Positions 1-13,699 are shown, numbered from the stretch's first letter. The stretch is DNA of 64,000 nt from Octopus vulgaris (GCA_951406725.2 OX597825.1:12214001-12278000); one strand, 5' to 3'. The notes: a model not told the origin generated them from the sequence alone. Numbers and translations: made by a program.

Positions 1-563
1 ATTACGCTGCCAGACATACACCATTAAAAATCTTGGAGAATGTTTTCTTTTTTTCCTTCGTGAACTACCTTACTTATTATATAGATATTATTAAGACAAA
101 GTGATTTTTCTTGCCTTAATGTGGCGACATCATGATTAAGATTATCACGCAGAAATATCAAATCAACAGTTCCTGGAGTTTGAAAATAATTATGTTGTAC
201 GAAATTCAGCTTACAGCGCTTTTTAACTGATGTATATATGTTTATACATTAATTTCCAATTTTAGTGAAATGTCACATTTGTCTGAGAAAAGTATTAAAA
301 TATTTTGATCTCCAAAATCTTATCATGTTTGATAACAATAATCCTTCTTTTTTAAAGTAAATATTTTCGCTCGAGTACGATTACTGATTCTGTCTACATT
401 TAGCCATACTTGTAAATTAGTTTGCATTACATCATTATAGGCTGCTGGTTGGGAGACTTGCATTACGTCATTAAGGCGCAGGTTGGGAGACACACCAGAA
501 AATTACTTAGCGGCATTTTGTCCTTCATTATGTTCTGAGATCAAATTCCTCCGAGATCATCTT

Positions 564-786
564 TACCTATTTCTTTACTATCCACAGAGGGGACAAACAA
601 GGACAGACAAATGGCTTAAGTCGATTATATCGACCCCAGGGCGTAACTGGTACTTATTTAATCGACCCCGAAAGGATGAAAGGCAAAATCGACCTCGGCG
701 GAATCTGTACTCAGAACGTAGCGGCAGACGAAATACGGCTACGCATTTCGCGCGGATTGCTAACGTTTCTGCTAGCTCGCCGCCTT
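564..786 (-). mobile_element. SINE family A, full length (tRNA-like head, Meta-domain-like core CCTTTCATCCTTTCGGGGTCGAT..AAGTACCAG)
   Basis: Reverse complement matches copies at 15294, 25114, 18650 and 36758; head GGCGGCGAGCTAGCAGAAACGTTAGC, B-box-like GAGTTCAAATTCC in intact copies, 3' end AAGAAATAGGTA. Confidence 0.85.
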
Positions 787-1289
787 CTTTACCATTCACC
801 GAGATCCTCTTTACCATTCACCCATTCGGAATCTTTGAAATAAGTTGCAGTCATGTACAGCGGTCGATGTAGTCGACTAGCACCTTCAACGAAATTTCAT
901 ACATTGTGCCTATAGTAGAAAACATATTATTACGGGAGGCTCTAATGCGGATTTGAAATACTTTTAAACCTAATCTCTCCGTATATAGACATATATCCAT
1001 CATTATCTAAACCCTGTTTCCCCCGCCTCTGTACATGCTGGATGTCAGTTGGTGTTATCCCTATATCATTTAGGAAATCCCGACACACACAGATCCCTCC
1101 ACGTCTCGTCGCTCAGTTCTACCCAATCTGTTATCCTCACAAGTAAGCAATATGCCCATTTATTATTCCGCAAATCTTTGGTTGCCTGCAATCACTTATC
1201 TGCTTATAACTTACCTACAGGCGCTGACCAGCAATACTGTGAGCGTAACGTGATAAGCGTCCCTTTCAAAAGACTCGCACGATACATAC

Positions 1290-1322
<33 letters not shown>

Positions 1323-1341
1323 TATATATACATACATACAA

Positions 1342-1800
1342 AGAATGAATAAAGAGGCAATTTTCATCAATAAATATCTTCCCGAACTAAATATGAACAC
1401 ATAACATAATACAGAACACTACTAACCTTTCAATTAATACCACTAACCCCCATACATCCCTTACACCATTCACATTACAATTTCATATCTAACCTAATTG
1501 CACCAAATCCAGAACTACTTACCTCCATTACAAATAATCTTTTTACTCAGGAACTATTAAACCTGACACCGTTCATTAATCGGTGTCCATGCAAAGCAAT
1601 GAATAGTAACTTACGAAACCGCAGTATGGTTGAATCTCTTGAATAATCTCACAATAATGACTTTTATTACTTTTATTCCCACCTCAGTTCATCTAATTGT
1701 ATATATCTTCCGTTACCTTTAATAAAAAGCCTTCCCTTTTTTGTATCTACAATGTGCATTTTCGGTGATTTTTCTTACTTTCCCCTTACATAACACACAC
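1342..1800 (+). mobile_element. 3' end of a Penelope-like element (GIY-YIG C-terminus plus 3' UTR), 5'-truncated
   Basis: 1342-1404 translates RMNKEAIFINKYLPELNMNT*, matching the R..KE..FI.KY.P.LN end of PLE endonucleases; HHR 3' half GAAACCGCAGTA at about 1615-1626; flanked by TA/CA microsatellites. Confidence 0.6.
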
Positions 1801-4086
1801 ATATATATATATGTATATATCTTCGTACGATGTCAATTCCTCCCTTTCAATCCCTCTCTTTCTATTCCTCTTTCCCTCTATTTTCCTATCTAGTCTCCCC
1901 TCTGTACGATTCTGTGCTGCTATCTGTTCCTGTCAGGACCTCAGGCTGCTTCTGTTTATTTCAGTTCGTTTCATTTTATTCGTATGGCCACTTTTCTACC
2001 TGTTTGTTTACGGCTTTATCCCTCGTCTGTCCACCAATGGTCTTGTCTTGAATTACAATTATTCCACATTTATATGTTTACTTTCTGTGTCATCTAGTTG
2101 TTTAATTCTTGTTTGTCTCTTAATTTCCTTAACTTTCTGTCATGTTTTATTCCTTGTACGTTGGCTCGCCATCGGCGCCACCAGTGCAGATCAATATTAT
2201 CAAAACTGTGGTGGACTCTCTGGCTGAAAACGGATGATGATTTGGTGACCTTTTTATGTCTGTTTCCCGTTTGTTTGTGCATTTATTATGTCTCTTTAGC
2301 TTATTATATTTCAAAATCTAACCAGAGTGAGAGAGAAATATAAAGTGAATCATCAGCTTATAATCCAAAGCAACGATGTGACTTGACACTTCCTTTTCCA
2401 GCGACAGGATTGCATAGATGATTCGCCCGTCTGACATTATGATAGTGTAACTTCAGGCTTTGGAAAAGTCATCATTCACACCAACAAAACTTATGCTGCA
2501 AATGTGCTGAGGTCAAAGACCAAATGATATATTACATAGGGAAGTAACTTTCTAGTAGATTTATCTTTTCAGAAATCTGACGGTGATCATTAAGAAGGAA
2601 GCTCAAATTAATATATTGGATAAAGTGCCTTGACATGATGGAGACATAGAAAAGAGATCAGAATAGTATATCCTAAAATGGGATACAGCTTGTTTTCTTA
2701 ACCGGGACGTATACTTGCAGAGAAAGAAAATTGTTTGGCACGATTGCAGTTGGTATCTCCATGTTACACTATTTCAGGATAATAGAGGGATATTGTGAAG
2801 ATTGTCCTTACTGATGTAAAGCAATTCAGCCGAATTCGTACTCGAAGTCAGTTTGAAAATGTTTTGGTACTACTGACATGAAAATGAAAAGTTTTGTAGA
2901 ATTTTAGCGAATATGTATACTGTGAAAGTGTTTATAAAGAGACAAATTGCATTTAGAGCGGTTTCTCGCTTGTTAATGTACCATTTTCCAATGAATATAT
3001 AACATAATAAATGAACGGAAAAAATCTTTAACCGAACAATGGCGCAGTTATTCAAATTATTACAAAATAAGAATCTAAATCTTTTTTTCGTGTAATTTCT
3101 TTTAAGGTAAAGTTTTCAATTACTGTAAGTGAAATTGTCGACAATTCCTTATCCATACATTTCTTTGAATTTACATCTTTCAAATTGAAATTGATGTCTG
3201 AAAGTAAATCATACTATTAGATTTTGTTTTTTTTAAATTCTTTTTTATTCTTCTAAGCGTGACATATAGTTCCTTATCCTTTACTTGTATTCTTCCACTG
3301 AGATTAGATTTCTTCAATTCTGATTAAGATATTTTATGTGTAGTGTTTTTTTTTTTATATTTGTTTTCGGTATTCAGTTGTAAAATAATAAAAAATAGCA
3401 AATTAATAAAAAACAAATTACTAGGTAACTTTAGCATTATAAGTTTATAAGCTCAGATGCTAGTAGATATTTTTTGCTTAAGAACTTATTCGAAATTCTA
3501 GTTCAATAATGTTCATGCTATATGTATCACGAAATCCAATAACGTGTTTAGGTTCAAACTCCTTTTCGTTTTTTTTTTCTTTCTAGTAATAATTGTAATT
3601 ATAATTTTTTTTATCAAAATAAAACAAGAAAAAAGAATTGTAATCGATCGTTTTCCCCTCACCGAATAAATAAGTCCGTATGATCTTATATAGCTTAAAC
3701 ATTTACTCATTCTGTCAGTGGTTATATTTGTGGAAATCACCAATCCTTTCATAACTATATTGATTAAATCAGCATTTTGACAGATTTATTTTGCTTTATC
3801 AATTTCTTTTCAGTTACCGAAGCGTTAAATTTACAGTTATACTAGATATTATTATAATGTCGTACGTCACGTTATGATGCAATGGCTTACTTGTTAGTTA
3901 AATCAATATTTACAAAAGGGTGGGGGAAAATTATAGGATATATGGAAATGTTACATATTTCAAATGGTTTTCAATATAGTTAATGAACCGTAATAAAAAG
4001 ATAACAACACGTTTGGAATATATAAATATATATATATGGAAAAAAGTCAAGGTAGAAAATGCTAAAATAATTTTATAAAAACATTT

Positions 4087-4122
4087 CAGTACCGGTTTCA
4101 GTCATTCAGACTTTTTCAACTG
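4087..4122 (-). ncRNA. Minimal type-I hammerhead ribozyme motif (U3-A8 variant)
   Basis: Minus strand reads cag-UUGAAAA-aguc ugaau gacu-GAAA-ccgg-UA-cug: stem I cag/cug, stem II aguc/gacu, palindromic ACCGGU stem III, GUA site. Confidence 0.7.
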
Positions 4123-4285
4123 TAAGTGTGGAAAACAATTAAATTTTGGAAAAATTGAAAGAAAAGTTTTTTAAAAGAATATTTGCATAGTATTCAAATT
4201 CAAGTAGTATTTTCCTTCTTTCTGCCTGTCTCCCTCTCTCTTGTTTACTCTTGTGGGTTCTAAATTTAATTGTTTTCCATTCTCA

Positions 4286-4321
4286 CAGTTGAAAAATTCT
4301 CAATGACTGAAACCGGTACTG
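4286..4321 (+). ncRNA. Minimal hammerhead motif (U3-A8 variant), inverted partner copy
   Basis: cag-TTGAAAA-attc tcaat gact-GAAA-ccgg-TA-ctg; one stem II mismatch. Confidence 0.6.
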
Positions 4322-5440
4322 AAATATTTTTTTATAAAATTATTTTAGCATTTTCTATCTTGACTTTTTCTTTCCATATATATCAACTCGTGTGTTTCTT
4401 TTCAAACTCCTACACACACACACACACGCACAAACACACATGTGTGTATATATATAGTGATATCTGTCACGATCTAAATTCGTGTCTGATGATGCATAAC
4501 GACGCAGTGGAACGTTGTGCATAGAGAGAAATTTCACCGCGAATAGTTTTTACGGCAGAATGACTTCTCGGGATCGAACGTCCACAGATGTGTTAGTTAT
4601 TGTACTTGCGCATACGATATTCAACACTTCTACGTGCGACTTTGCTTAATTCTATATCAGTGTGTGTTTGTGTGCGCGTATGTTTGTCTGTCTGTGTGTG
4701 CGTGTCTGTGACTATGTGTATGTATATGTGCGCGCGTGTGTATATAGTGAGACAGCTAGCTAGATAGATAAATTTTCATTCATTTACATATGTACTCCAT
4801 ATGTCGTACATATGGAGTACATATGTTCGATTATATCGAAAGCCTTACGGTTAAAATGAATTTACACCTTCATAACTGGGAGCGACTTATGTGCGCCTAC
4901 ATTTGCATGTGAAATCCCCCAAACCATACAAATGCACGAGTTTACATCTCTAGATATACAAATGCACACAACAAGTCTTACAAATTAACGTGCTGATAAC
5001 AAATCACATATTTCTCAATCTGTTCCAAGGGAGTTTATAAGATTGATTATTTTATCTGTTACATCATCAGAGAAAAATATGCGTGCTAAAAGATTGGTCT
5101 TTTGTAGAGTCTATCCGATTGTGTATCAAATACTTTCTTTATACCCAACTTCACATACACAACTCTGAATATAGAACAGCGATAATAAAGCACTCTCGCT
5201 CAATATTTAGGGAAATAGAATTCTTGGCCTTCTCATCTTAAGATGAACTTCTGAGGCATTTAATCAGAGAACTCTGTAGCAAATTATTAGAACTGTATGA
5301 AAAATGTATGCGATGTCAAAGTGGCACATTCAAAAACATGACCACTCCTTATCATATAAAAACATGCATGTACGTGGATATACTTATGTACATACACATT
5401 TCTATTTCTCCCCCACTTTCTACGCACATACACACACAAT

Positions 5441-5602
<162 letters not shown>

Positions 5603-5772
5603 TTTTACGAATTTCTGTAAATGTATATACAATAATATATCCAGTTGAATAAAGTTAAAATAAAGTTGGTTTTCACATTTTTTATTATGGTATTGTAACA
5701 TGAAAACATGTTTTGTAATATTCATAAATATGTATACGCATATATGTATTGTACACACACAATTATATGTAT

Positions 5773-5817
<45 letters not shown>

Positions 5818-7117
5818 ATATTTCGGAATGGTCATATTGGCAGTTTAGCCACTTTATGCACAACAAATATTTAAACGTATATATATATATATATATATAT
5901 GTAAGCGCATAAATGTGTTTCTTTGTAATCAGAGTGAAGTCTCTGAATGTGTACTTTTGGGCTGCAAGACTGCTATATATTTGTATGCATTCATAATGTC
6001 GTTCTATATATAAATTATACATGTGTTATTTTAACCTACTGTATTTATGCACTTTGGAAACTGCATTTTGTAATCACTTATGTCCTCTAAAGGTATTTTT
6101 GAATATTTCTTTCCCTTCTTGTCTGCTGATGATTCCATTAATTTTATTGATAGCTGATCAAGTATTGATTAAACAGTTCTATTGTTTGCACAGTGATTTG
6201 TTTTCTCTTTATTTATTTATATATATTTATATTTGCGGAGACACTGCCAATGTATTCGAACGAAAACTATGCTTAATGATAACACAAAATGAAAAATAAC
6301 TGTTGTATAATGAAGCTATTTGTTCTGACACACTACTATAAGCCAATAATATAAACAAGAGAGGAGAAGAAATAATGCCTGGGAACAAACCAAACTAAAT
6401 CAAGTTCAACTTTGTGCCAAATATTTTTTCTTTCTTTCACCTCCCTTAATTGTTTGCACAATCATGCATGAGAAAGAAAAGTAGTCGCTCTGATGTTGTT
6501 CACTGTTGTAAGGGTTGTATTTCAAAATATTTATCTTGTTCATCGAACGCTCAAGTAACCGATGAATAGTAATCAATTGTTCGTATGTTGTTTCCTGCTA
6601 CTTATAACAGTCGTTTCTATCGGCTTATTATATATCCATATGAAGCAATTATGTAGTGAGACAATAAAATGTTGCTTTATTCGGTCTGAGGCGTTACATC
6701 GCTATTCAGGTCTTCCTGATCATTGTCCTTGCTCTTGATGCATTCATTTCTGTAATACCCACACACCCACAACTAACCACTCACAGAACCAACCAACATC
6801 CTCCCCAGACACACGCACATACAAATACAAAAGTTCTTATGATAAACACATTTCGATATACATGTCTATAATATAATTCTCTAAGTCTACGTTGCACATA
6901 TCTACACGCACATCTGTGTTCTTACATCTACAGTAATAACTGCTATTACATATTTGCTGTACATCGACATAAATCACTCTCATTCATAAATCATCCTTAT
7001 TCATAAGCCCAATATTATTTAACAGGTTAATATAAATCTGTCTTGTAGAAGAAAGGTGTGTTGCTCCCAAATTGGAAATATTTAATTAGCTCTGATTGTA
7101 AATTTCATTAATAACCG

Positions 7118-7290
7118 TAGGCGTAGGAATGGCTGTGTGGTAAGTAGCTTGCTTACCAACCACATGGTTCCACGTTCAGGTCCACTACGTCGCACCTTGG
7201 GCAAGTGTCTTCTACTATATCCTCCGGCCGACCAGAGCCTTGTGACTGGATTTGGTAGACGGAAACAGAAAGAAGCTCGTCGTATATATG

Positions 7291-7328
<38 letters not shown>

Positions 7329-7552
7329 TGTGTGTGTATATGTTTGTGTGTCTGTGTTTGTCCCCCTAACATCGATTGACAACCGATGCTGGTCAGTTTA
7401 AGTCCCTGTAACTTAGCGCTTCGGCAAAAGAGACCGATAGTATAAGTGCTAGGCTTACAAAGAATAAGTCCTGGGGTCGATTTCTTCGACTAAAGGTGGT
7501 GCTGCAACATGGCCACAGTCAAATGACTGAAACAAGTAAAAGAATAAAAGAG
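7118..7552 (+). mobile_element. SINE family B, full length, with internal (TA)n(GT)n tract
   Basis: Head TGGCTGTGTGGTAAG, CORE-like ACCTTGGGCAAGTGTCTT, tail GGCC(A/G)CAGTCAAATGACTGAAAC plus A-rich repeats; matches 59269-59682, 42301-42806, 48132-48415. Confidence 0.85.
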
Positions 7553-7567
7553 TAAGCAACGATACAT

Positions 7568-7722
<155 letters not shown>

Positions 7723-9206
7723 TACCAATCAACCTACCTATTATTAGCTTTCTCTCTCCATATCATTACGTATGTATGTATATATATTATAGTTGTCTAT
7801 ATGTAATATGAATATACATATTACAAATAAAACTTTAGGTGAAGTAATGGATTCTGTTAGTTACTGAATATCTAACTTTTGTCTTGCAAGCTGCATTCGC
7901 CTCACGCACACACTTACACACACACACATTAATTTATATGAAGCTGACATACCCGACGACGAAATTAAAATACGAGATATCAACATATCTTAAGAGTATT
8001 GTTCCTTCCTCATTGATCAGGCTAATCCCGATTGAACATACTTATGATTCAATGTATTCTAGCCGTGATCATCTTCTCTCTTTCCCAGCACAAGAATAGA
8101 TTAACCGTGTTATTCAGCTAGGCACCGATTTACATTTTGGAGGGATTTGTTTATTTTAACTTCAGATAATCCACGGAAGAAAAATCAGCCTCGTCGATTG
8201 ATACCAGTATTTTAATTAGTTTCAAGCTTGATAATTATAACATCGTAATATTTCATTATTATGTTTCTGTCAAACATTTTATCATATTTGTTTTAATTCA
8301 TACTCGTGCATGACAGGCTCTTTTATGTCCGGAATATGTGATAGTTTCTGTTAGGAAAATATAGGTATATATTTAACAATGAAGTCAATAAAAGTAAAAA
8401 AGTACATTCCATAATGAGGCTTAGAGATAAGCACGTAAACTTAAATAACAAATACTCTGATATCTTAGAGGAGGGCACAGCTTAACTAGTAACCTGGCTA
8501 CTATCATGGCCTCGATTAACAATAATAAGCTAGAAGCCTTGTATGAAACTAGGAAAAACTACAGCATAAAACATAGCAACCAATCGACAGATATAATAAA
8601 TGTCATCCGTAATAGTTCGTCCTCAAATTCCACGGACAACGAACTGATAAATAATAACCGCACGTCCACACAACATACACACAGATAAATTTAATAATTT
8701 ATGTGGGTGAAGACATACAGACAAGAGTCAATATTTGTAAAACTAAAAATCTAATACACCAACGTAATGTACCCGTTAAACCATATTGCTATGAAATATA
8801 GTTTAATAACTGCACAGACCTGTTTGTTTTAAATGTTTGGATGTATTTGTGCAGCATTACCTAAAAATAAAAATCACAGGCAGCAAAGTTTGTCCATCTC
8901 TACAATATTTTTAATGTTTTTTTTTTTTTGTAATTGTCATTGTGACTCTCTCCTGGCAGTAGAAATCTTTACATCTGCTGCCATTAACGGACTTGCTGAG
9001 AAATATATATGGGACCGACTGTGTACATACATCTATGTATACATGCATAAATCATACATACATACATACGTAGTACATATATACATACATACATACACAT
9101 GTACACATATATACACATACATACAGAGAGTAACAATTAGTGATGCAAAAAGAACCGGAAGTTATTATACAGATTGACTGATTTCACTATCCTTATAAGA
9201 ATGATT

Positions 9207-9597
9207 GTGGAGGCGCAATGGCCCAGTGGTTAGGGCAGCGGACTCGCGGTCGTAGGATCGCGGTTTCGATTCCCAGACCGGGCGTTGTGAGTGTTTATTG
9301 AGCGAAAACACCTAAAAGCTCCACCAGGCTCCGGCAGGGGGATGGCGGTGATCCCTGCTGTACTCTTTCACCACAACTTTCTCTCACTCTTACTTCCTTT
9401 TTCTGTTGTACCTGTATTTCAAAGGGCCGGCCTTGTCACTCTCTGTGTCACGCTGAATATCCCCGAGAACTACGTTAAGGGTACACGTGTCTGTGGAGTG
9501 TTCAGCCACTTACACGTTAATTTCACGAGCAGGCTGTTCCGTTGATTCGGATCAACCGGAACCCTCGTCGTCGGAACCGACGGAGTGCTTCCATTCC
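9207..9597 (+). mobile_element. SINE family C (tRNA-Arg-like head), full length with 12-bp TSD
   Basis: A-box TGGCCCAGTGG, B-box GGTTTCGATTCCC; TSD ATAAGAATGATT at 9195-9206 and 9598-9609; near-identical to 23587-23970. Confidence 0.9.
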
Positions 9598-10106
9598 ATA
9601 AGAATGATTAGACAGAAATTTGTGAAATCAGTAAAATCGTGACTGCGTAATAATCATTTATTATTTACCAAATTATTATTAATTCAGAAAAAAAAATTGG
9701 CGGTTTTAATCCTTCCCTTGAAATATTTATAGGAAATGTTATAAATCTAAAACAAAGTGATTACAAGTCAAATCCATTTATATAGTTAATATAAATAATA
9801 TAAATAATATATAATAATATGAACATCAAAATACACACCCATACATATATATAATCCATACATATATATAACCCATACATGTATACAACCAGTTAGTAAG
9901 AAAGATCGTAAATAATGTTGTTTTTTAAAAATAAAATCTAAATTGGTTTATTTAATATTAAATTATTTCTAATTATTAAATACCATTCGAAAATATTTAG
10001 GTTTAATGTATAAATAGTCTTAAAAATAGACTTTGTTTTATTGTCAACAAATAACTCAAAATGCGTAAATAAAAACGTAATATAAATATCTTCTAGTGCA
10101 AAGTAT

Positions 10107-10152
<46 letters not shown>

Positions 10153-10281
10153 TAGAGAGAGAGAGAAGGAAGGAAGACAAGGAGACAGTTAACGTATATA
10201 CACATAAAATATTTTACACGTTTTTATTATATCTATTCATTTTCCTTCATAATTATACAACTACACCCACCCCACACACAG

Positions 10282-10316
<35 letters not shown>

Positions 10317-10377
10317 AAAAAATGAAGTTCGAAAATGCTGCTGTATTATACAATTTTAAATTTTTATATATACATTA

Positions 10378-10417
10378 TAACATGTTTCAGTTCCTGAAAT
10401 GAACCTTATCAAAAAAA
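10378..10417 (-). ncRNA. Degenerate minimal hammerhead motif (UUGAUAA core) in a PLE-terminal fragment
   Basis: Minus strand: TTGATAA-ggttc atttcag gaact-GAAA-catg-TT; same family as 57091-57138; follows a (TA)n tract. Confidence 0.5.
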
Positions 10418-10747
10418 GTTATATATAAAAAAAGACAGCTCATGCCGTCAAACACAAGAAATTCATTTATAATACACAACGGAGTCAGACATCTTAGAGT
10501 TCATGTATAGTTGATATATAGTTCATGTATAGTTGATATATAGTTTGAAGTATATGTTCAAAGTGTTCGATGCAGTGGCCCACGGTGGCGATACGTATTC
10601 AATACAAAAAACAGATCAAAGTGGTGGAAAGCGGTCAATACAGAAGATTGATGTTTCCGAAAGAGCGAGAAATTCATTTTTACCTTAAGCAATTGTGATG
10701 ACCCATGGTGGATGTTCGCTGGGTGGTTCTGTATATATATATATATA

Positions 10748-10923
10748 GTTGAAATTTATAGAAAAACAAAAGACGAAGACAGGTGTATTATTTTGACGCT
10801 CGGGAAATTGAAAAAAAATTTGTACATTTCCAGGCTACACTCTTCAACGGAAAGAAATAAGAGAAAATAAACAGATAGAGAAATAAAAAAAAGACTTGTG
10901 GATTTAGTGTTGAAGCATGGCGA
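10748..10923 (-). mobile_element. Short PLE-terminal-type repeat with decayed HHR (10819-10854)
   Basis: Homologous to 38488-38675 (AAAACAAAAGACGAAGACAGGTG...); flanked by TA repeats. Confidence 0.5.
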
Positions 10924-11480
10924 CTGTTTTTATATACATATATATATGTATGTATGCATGTATGTATGTATGTATGTTTGTATGTATGTATATTTTAAAT
11001 GTGTGTATAAGCTGGTAGTACGCACTTTAAAGCACGTTAACTGTCATCGGCTACCTCCTGTCATCAAACGGCATGGTGGATATAAGTGCCACTGAATTAA
11101 CTTAAGGAATTCCATTGTGCCCATCGAATATATCAACATATTAGAGAAAGGGAAAATCGAATTCACAAGATTATTTATTAATCACTACAATCGTTTCAGA
11201 GCCAACGATCGTTTCGACCCGTCGTGCATCTGTCCTTCGTCGTTGCCATTCTGTACAACTGGTCGTGGTGCATCATTCAGTGCAGATGTGACTCGTCAGG
11301 TTATTATGCCGTTCCAGGTGTGAAAACCGAAGTCCAGTGAATATTAATGTATTAATTACTCTCATAAATAGCTCCAACTGGCTCATAAACAACAAAACTG
11401 TCCCGGGCTGAAATGTGATAGAATCTTAGCTCTTGATTTAGTGAGAATTTTTTACTGCCACCCGGCTACGAACAACAAGC

Positions 11481-11520
11481 ACTAGCACTACACCCGGCAA
11501 CGCCGAGTCGTAGTGCCAGT
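11481..11520 (+). mobile_element. Helitron/Helentron-like terminal hairpin
   Basis: ACTAGCACTAC-ACCCGGCAACGCCGAGT-CGTAGTGCCAGT folds into a 40-nt hairpin resembling CCCGGCAACGCCGGG..CTAGT ends. Confidence 0.3.
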
Positions 11521-12332
11521 AATGCAGTAACACTGTTTTCTGTTACTCTAAATGATCTTGAAGTTATTAACTCTCATGTAAATTATAAGAAATAATGCAT
11601 TATGAGGAAAAATATATGATTATCTTGCATACCACTTTCAGTCAAACTATGTTTTGCAGACTGCATAAGATAAAGGATACTATCTAAAGCTGGGCCCCCA
11701 TTCACAGAGTGTGGAATTGTATCTGAGGACATTAATGCGCCTTTTCTAGAAGATTGTATCATCTTCTTGAATCTCTCTTCATTTGCTGATAGTAAGTAAA
11801 CCAAATAATTTGTAACTGTTAAAATGAAAACTTAAACTAGATCAAATGCTAAGTGAGCGATCTGTATAATGGTAGAGGGCTTTGTTAACAATCCATAAGA
11901 TTCATTATACAACGTGGGAAACGAACCATGAACAAATCATTGACAGCCTTCAAATGTAAACTGCTTTCCTATACAGGGACTACTAATAGAAGTCATTCAA
12001 GCGAAGTGTGTCATAAGAAACATGGTTATGCTTCATTTACAAGATGTAAATTTTAAACATTTATTAACAATTATAAAGGATGGGCATAGGTTATAATATT
12101 GAAACGAACCAGCATTTGATATGGATATTATCTATCGAGAACAGAAGAACGGAAGCAGTGCTGAACTCGGAGAGATTTCATTTCGGGGTGAAACATCTTA
12201 CGCTCCGGCTAAAATACATACAGAAACACATACATAGATAGAGAAGAGGGAAGTAATTGGAAGCGAAAGGAAGTGGAATAAAAAATATTCGAAAGATGAT
12301 AGGATCAAGTTAAGTGATAGGCCAAAATGTAC

Positions 12333-12465
<133 letters not shown>

Positions 12466-12883
12466 TGCATATATAGAATTCTTGTTAAGTATAATTTTAA
12501 AATCTCTGTATCTTAATCTTATGGGAAATGGTTATTATCAAGAGATATCACTGAAGATAATATTTTCCTGATGCAAGTCAAACGCATTATAAAGTGGTTT
12601 TGGTCCCAAGTGTACCATGAGAGAGGTGTGCTGTTTCAAACTAAAAGCCAAGGTACACCATAAAACATACAATAACACACTCAGACACACAATGATACAT
12701 ATTCACAGACACACAATGATACATATTCACAGACACACATACGGAAAAACACACACACAAGAACATACATGTATACGCAAATGTGAATGGATCTAGATAC
12801 ATATATTTGTGTATCTACCAAATTCCACTTCTATTATTTTTTTCTCATTTATGTTTATACATTCGCTTCTGTGCGCATAATAC

Positions 12884-12884
<1 letters not shown>

Positions 12885-12920
<36 letters not shown>

Positions 12921-13054
12921 TAATAATAATAATAATGATAATAATAATAATAATGATAATAATAATAATAATAATGATAATAATTATACTAATAATACTA
13001 ATAATAATGATAATAATATTAATAATAATAATAATAATAATCATGAAAATAATA

Positions 13055-13098
<44 letters not shown>
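12885..13098. repeat. (AAT)n followed by (TA)n microsatellite
   Basis: Directly visible; explains the poly-N and poly-I ORFs. Confidence 0.95.
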
Positions 13099-13101
<3 letters not shown>

Positions 13102-13637
13102 GTAAAACACATATATGTATGTATATATGCGTTACATATATACATATTTATGTTTGTGTGATATATATATGTATATATAAACAGATACATATAAATATAT
13201 ACATATATATACATATATATATATGTATATGTATATATATATGTGCTTACATGTATATATGGATGAACATATATATCTGTGCGTATGTATATATATAAAT
13301 ATATATATATATATACATATATAAACTAATATACGTATGGATATGCACACATACGTATACAAACAGACGTATGCCAACACGCAGGTGCAAAACAAAGTGG
13401 AGAATGTCAAAGTAATGTTTTATTGAAGCTGGAAAGACTTTACACAGTCTTACAGTTTACTTAGACATCATGCGACAGACGCAAGTAAGTATGAGGAGGA
13501 ATGTTATGGGTTTTAAGTATTAATAAACTAGAAGCTGGTATATATAATATATTATACTGTACTTATGTGTGTGTTTAAGTGTGTGTTACTACGTACGTAT
13601 CTACTTCTCCGTAAATATGTACGTGTTGTGTTGGCCC

Positions 13638-13699
<62 letters not shown>

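Larger units (their letters stand above)
4038..4376. mobile_element. Fold-back PLE terminal unit (inverted arms about 110 bp, spacer about 115 bp)
   Basis: 4038-4146 is the reverse complement of 4262-4376; left arm plus spacer match 14229-14444; flanked by (TA)n. Confidence 0.8.

Noticed and set aside
483-872. Recurring peptide FKFRRGRLCLSSFRGRLNKYQLR in several ORFs (578, 15478, 15662, 18668, 24882)
   Set aside because: Read-through of SINE A copies, not a gene family
7515-7535. SINE B tail AGTC-aaat-GACT-GAAAC resembles HHR stem II plus GAAAC
   Set aside because: No CUGANGA-type core upstream and no NUH or stem I downstream; better explained as the LINE-shared tail hairpin
9207-9285. tRNA-like sequences at the heads of C, D and E copies
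   Set aside because: No complete acceptor stem, and they continue into SINE bodies, with TSDs in C and D; SINE heads rather than tRNA genes
10498-10545. 22-bp direct duplication (similar 24-bp one at about 12682-12735)
   Set aside because: Ordinary slippage duplications with no spacers; not CRISPR-like
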